Assembly: GCA_027371665.1 (NCBI GenBank)
Contig: DAHXMP010000478.1
Span: forward strand, 1-38,521
Direction of reading: 5' to 3'
DNA from: Bacteroidota bacterium
GTDB taxonomy: Bacteria > Bacteroidota > Ignavibacteria > Kapaibacteriales > UBA2268
Length of the DNA stretch: 38,521 nt
Position numbers and translations under genes: made by a program. Below, in pieces: positions 35,506 through 38,521 of this stretch (position 1 is its first letter; each line of letters starts with the position of its first letter). Below the pieces are notes generated by a model. The model made no database searches. It worked only from the letters and a program-made list of their open reading frames with translations, and was not told the origin of the DNA.

Positions 35506-38259
35506 ATGAGACCTGAACAACAAGCACGGCAAAATATTGACAACCAGCTTACACAGGCGGGCTGGTCAGTACAAGACTATAGACAAGTTAATCTGAATGT
35601 TTCGTTGGGTGTTGCTGTTCGTGAATATCTAACTGATTCAGTGCCGGCTGATTATCTTCTATTTATAGAAGGAAAGCCGGTGGGAGTTATCGAGGCAAAA
35701 AAAGAAGGAACTATTCTTACAGTAGTTCACGAACAGGCTATTCGTTATGCTTCCGGTAAAATAAAATGGTTTATAAATAATGAACCTCTGCCTTTTGTTT
35801 ACGAATCAACCGGAATCGAAACTCATTTTTCAGATTACAGAGACCCAAAGCCACGTTCAAGAGAAGTATTTTCCTTTTACAGGGCTGAAACACTCAGGGA
35901 TTTGCTTAAAAACAAGGATACTCTTAGGAAAAGACTACAAGAAATTCCAAAACTTGAACAAAACGATTTAAGAGTTTGTCAATTTCGTGCTATCAATAAT
36001 TTAGAAGAATCTTTTGCAAATAACAGGCACAGAGCCTTAATTCAAATGGCTACCGGAAGCGGTAAAACATTTACTGCCATAACATCTGTTTATCGCTTGT
36101 TGAAATTTGCCGGAGCAAAAAGAATTTTATTCCTTGTTGATACCAGAAATTTAGGAGAGCAGGCTCACCAGGAATTTCAGGCTTTCACTCCTTCAGATGA
36201 TAAAAGAAAATTTACTGAATTGTATAACGTGCAGCGTTTGAGTTCTAATAATGTTGATAAAAACAGCCAGGTGTGTATATCAACAATTCAGAGAATGTAT
36301 TCGATTCTGTGTGAAGAGGAACTGGATGAAAGTTTGGAACAAGTCTCACTGAATGAAATAAAATTTAAGGAAGAAGAGCCAAAAAAAGTTGTTTACAATT
36401 CAAAAGTTCCAATTGAGTTTTTCGACCTTATAATTGTTGATGAATGCCATAGGTCAATCTATAAAGTGTGGAGGCAGGTTTTAGAATATTTCGATGCTTT
36501 TATCATCGGACTGACTGCTACACCCGATGAAAGAACTTTCGCATTTTTCAATGAAAATGTTGTCAGTGAATATTCACATGAAGACGCTGTTGCCGATGGT
36601 GTTAATATAGGATATGAAGTTTACACTATTGAAACCGAGATAACAAAGAATGGTGCTGTCTTAAAAGCAAAACAATACATTGAGACTCGCAGTAAATTGG
36701 ACAGAAAAAAGCGTTGGAAACAATTGGATGAAGACTTTGAATATTCTGGCAAAGACTTAGACAAAGACATTATCAATGAAAGTGTCATACGGCAAATAAT
36801 CAGAACATTCAGAGACAAGCTGAAAACTGAAATTTTTCCAAATAGAGATGAAGTACCTAAAACACTTATCTTCGCCAAGACTGACAGCCATGCAGATGAT
36901 ATTATACGAATTGCCAGGGAAGAGTTCGGCGAAGGAAATGATTTCTGCCAAAAAATTACATACAATGCAGATAATCCAAGTTCCCTTCTTCAATCATTTC
37001 GCAATACATATAATCCAAGAATAGCCGTAACTGTTGACATGATTGCTACCGGCACAGATGTAAAGCCGATTGAATGTCTTTTATTCATGCGTGATGTCAA
37101 AAGCAGGAATTATTTTGAGCAGATGAAAGGACGGGGAACGAGAACTCTGAATGTTGATGACCTGAGAAAAGTTTCACCTACCGCAACTTCTAATAAAACT
37201 CATTTCGTTATTGTTGATGCAATCGGTGTATGCAAATCCGTCAAGACTGATTCACGCCCGCTCGAAAGGAAACAATCGGTTCCGTTAAAAGATTTGCTCA
37301 TGGGTGTGGCTCTCGATCAGCGGGATGAAGATACACTCACTTCGCTTGCAAACAGGCTTGGACGCTTGGAAAAACAAGTTACCGATGACGAAAGAGAAAA
37401 AATAATCGGATTATCCGAAGGTCAAAATATAAATCAGCTCACACATAATTTACTCGATGCTTATAACCCGGACAGACACATAGAAAAAGCAAAAGCGATA
37501 TTCAGCATACCCGAAGATGAAGAACCTAAGCCGGAACAGATAGAAGAGGCAAAGAAAGCACTTATCAAATATGCCTGTCTGCCTTTTTCAAAGCCTGAGT
37601 TGAGAGATTATATCGAAACATGCCGACAGACACACGAGCAAATTATAGATAGCCAGAATATTGATAAAGTCATTTTTGCCGGATTTGACGAACAGGCAAA
37701 AGAAAAAGCTCAAAAGACGATTGAAACATTTAAGAAATTTCTTGCTGAAAATAAGGATGAAATCATAGCTCTCAGGATATTTTACAGCCAACCTTACCAG
37801 AGAAGAACCCTTACTTTTAAAATGATAAAAGAATTGAATGAAGCACTGCAAAAACCTCCATACTCGCTGAATACCCAACTTTTGTGGTATGCTTATGAGA
37901 AGCTAGACAGCAATAAAGTTAAGGGGAAAAGCACAAAGAGAATTTTAACGGATATTGTTTCCTTGCTTCGCTTTGAGCTTGGCATTTCGTATGAGCTTGA
38001 ACCTTACAAAGATATTGTTGACCGCAATTTCAAAGAATGGATATTCAGAAAGAATGCAGGCAATATACAGTTTACAGCAGAGCAGACCGAATGGCTTCGC
38101 ATGATAAAAGACCATATCATTACTTCTGTAAATATCGAGAAAGAAGATTTCGACAATACACCATTTGCCGAGCATGGCGGACTGATGAGGGTATGGAAAG
38201 TATTTGGAACAGAACTTGACAAAATCATCGAAGAAATGAATGTGGAATTGGTTGCTTGA
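35506..38259 (+). CDS. hsdR: Type I restriction enzyme R subunit-like nuclease-helicase (EcoEI-type HsdR)
   Basis: N-terminal RPEQQARQNIDNQLTQAGW with a PD-(D/E)xK-like nuclease motif (ADYLLF...GVIEAKK). SF2 motifs MATGSGKT, IVDECH, GLTATP, QMKGRGTR. The C-terminal FTAEQTEWLRMIKDHI...FAEHGGLMRVWKVFG resembles the EcoEI_R C-terminal domain. Confidence 0.75.
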   Translation: MRPEQQARQNIDNQLTQAGWSVQDYRQVNLNVSLGVAVREYLTDSVPADYLLFIEGKPVGVIEAKKEGTILTVVHEQAIRYASGKIKWFINNEPLPFVYESTGIETHFSDYRDPKPRSREVFSFYRAETLRDLLKNKDTLRKRLQEIPKLEQNDLRVCQFRAINNLEESFANNRHRALIQMATGSGKTFTAITSVYRLLKFAGAKRILFLVDTRNLGEQAHQEFQAFTPSDDKRKFTELYNVQRLSSNNVDKNSQVCISTIQRMYSILCEEELDESLEQVSLNEIKFKEEEPKKVVYNSKVPIEFFDLIIVDECHRSIYKVWRQVLEYFDAFIIGLTATPDERTFAFFNENVVSEYSHEDAVADGVNIGYEVYTIETEITKNGAVLKAKQYIETRSKLDRKKRWKQLDEDFEYSGKDLDKDIINESVIRQIIRTFRDKLKTEIFPNRDEVPKTLIFAKTDSHADDIIRIAREEFGEGNDFCQKITYNADNPSSLLQSFRNTYNPRIAVTVDMIATGTDVKPIECLLFMRDVKSRNYFEQMKGRGTRTLNVDDLRKVSPTATSNKTHFVIVDAIGVCKSVKTDSRPLERKQSVPLKDLLMGVALDQRDEDTLTSLANRLGRLEKQVTDDEREKIIGLSEGQNINQLTHNLLDAYNPDRHIEKAKAIFSIPEDEEPKPEQIEEAKKALIKYACLPFSKPELRDYIETCRQTHEQIIDSQNIDKVIFAGFDEQAKEKAQKTIETFKKFLAENKDEIIALRIFYSQPYQRRTLTFKMIKELNEALQKPPYSLNTQLLWYAYEKLDSNKVKGKSTKRILTDIVSLLRFELGISYELEPYKDIVDRNFKEWIFRKNAGNIQFTAEQTEWLRMIKDHIITSVNIEKEDFDNTPFAEHGGLMRVWKVFGTELDKIIEEMNVELVA

Positions 38260-38267
38260 ATTAATAT

Positions 38268-38317
38268 TTAAGAATTATAAATTAAGAATTATTTTATAGC
38301 TTTGATTTTTAAGAATT
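38268..38317. repeat. Three copies of TTAAGAATT just downstream of hsdR
   Basis: Exact 9-mers at 38268-38276, 38282-38290 and 38309-38317, with start-to-start spacing of 14 and 27 nt. Confidence 0.6.
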
Positions 38318-38436
38318 GATTATTTGATAAAATGAATTAGACACAATTAAATATTATACTCGAAGAAGGAGAAGGCTATATAATCGGGGATTTTTATGAA
38401 CGTCATTTGGTGTAAAAAATTCTAAACTAATATGCG

Positions 38437-38465
38437 GTCTATAAGAGTTATACAGTCTTATAGAC
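38437..38465. repeat. Perfect 10-bp inverted repeat with a 9-nt spacer
   Basis: gtctataaga (38437-38446) / tcttatagac (38456-38465). Confidence 0.6.
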
Positions 38466-38521
38466 TCTTGAACCAATTTAAAAGTTTGCAATTATGATTT
38501 CAACGAGACTGTAAAGTAAAC

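Overview
AT-rich 38.5-kb chromosomal segment, probably from an FCB-group bacterium (Ignavibacteria/Bacteroidota-like). This is inferred from two proteins ending in T9SS-type C-terminal sorting domains and from TAnnTTTG -7 promoter motifs 25-45 nt upstream of many start codons. I call about 31 protein genes and one tRNA-Ser(GCU). Most are housekeeping or envelope genes: ampG, MqnA-like, esterase, thiamine pyrophosphokinase, sugar epimerase plus TylF-type methyltransferase, holA, CheY-like receiver, TraB/GumN, LptF/G permease, a divergent aspartokinase-like gene, umuC, mfd, hflX, nuoC, STAS protein, GT9 heptosyltransferase, ArnT/GT39-like transferase, methyltransferase, CbpA-type DnaJ, PPi-type phosphofructokinase, murI and an SDR. 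I saw no rRNA, CRISPR array, transposase, integrase or phage genes. No clearly novel multi-gene system can be proven from sequence alone. The loci most worth a second look are: (1) two tandem paralogous ~60-aa proteins packed between hflX and mfd; (2) a translationally coupled three-gene surface module at 12.1-19.9 kb (1216-aa beta-propeller/Ig-like T9SS cargo, OmpA-like barrel with poly-Pro hinge, CGPC-containing T9SS cargo); (3) a solitary HsdR-type nuclease-helicase just after tRNA-Ser, with no hsdM/hsdS in view and iteron-like repeats after it; (4) an ArnT-like gene split by a single in-frame TGA; (5) a tandem 31-bp hairpin repeat between ampG and the MqnA-like gene; (6) a decayed 0.86-kb region with an RHS/YD-repeat relic. 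Functional calls rest on motifs I recognise by eye; no database search was run. Many track ORFs start at TTG, so 5' ends are uncertain.
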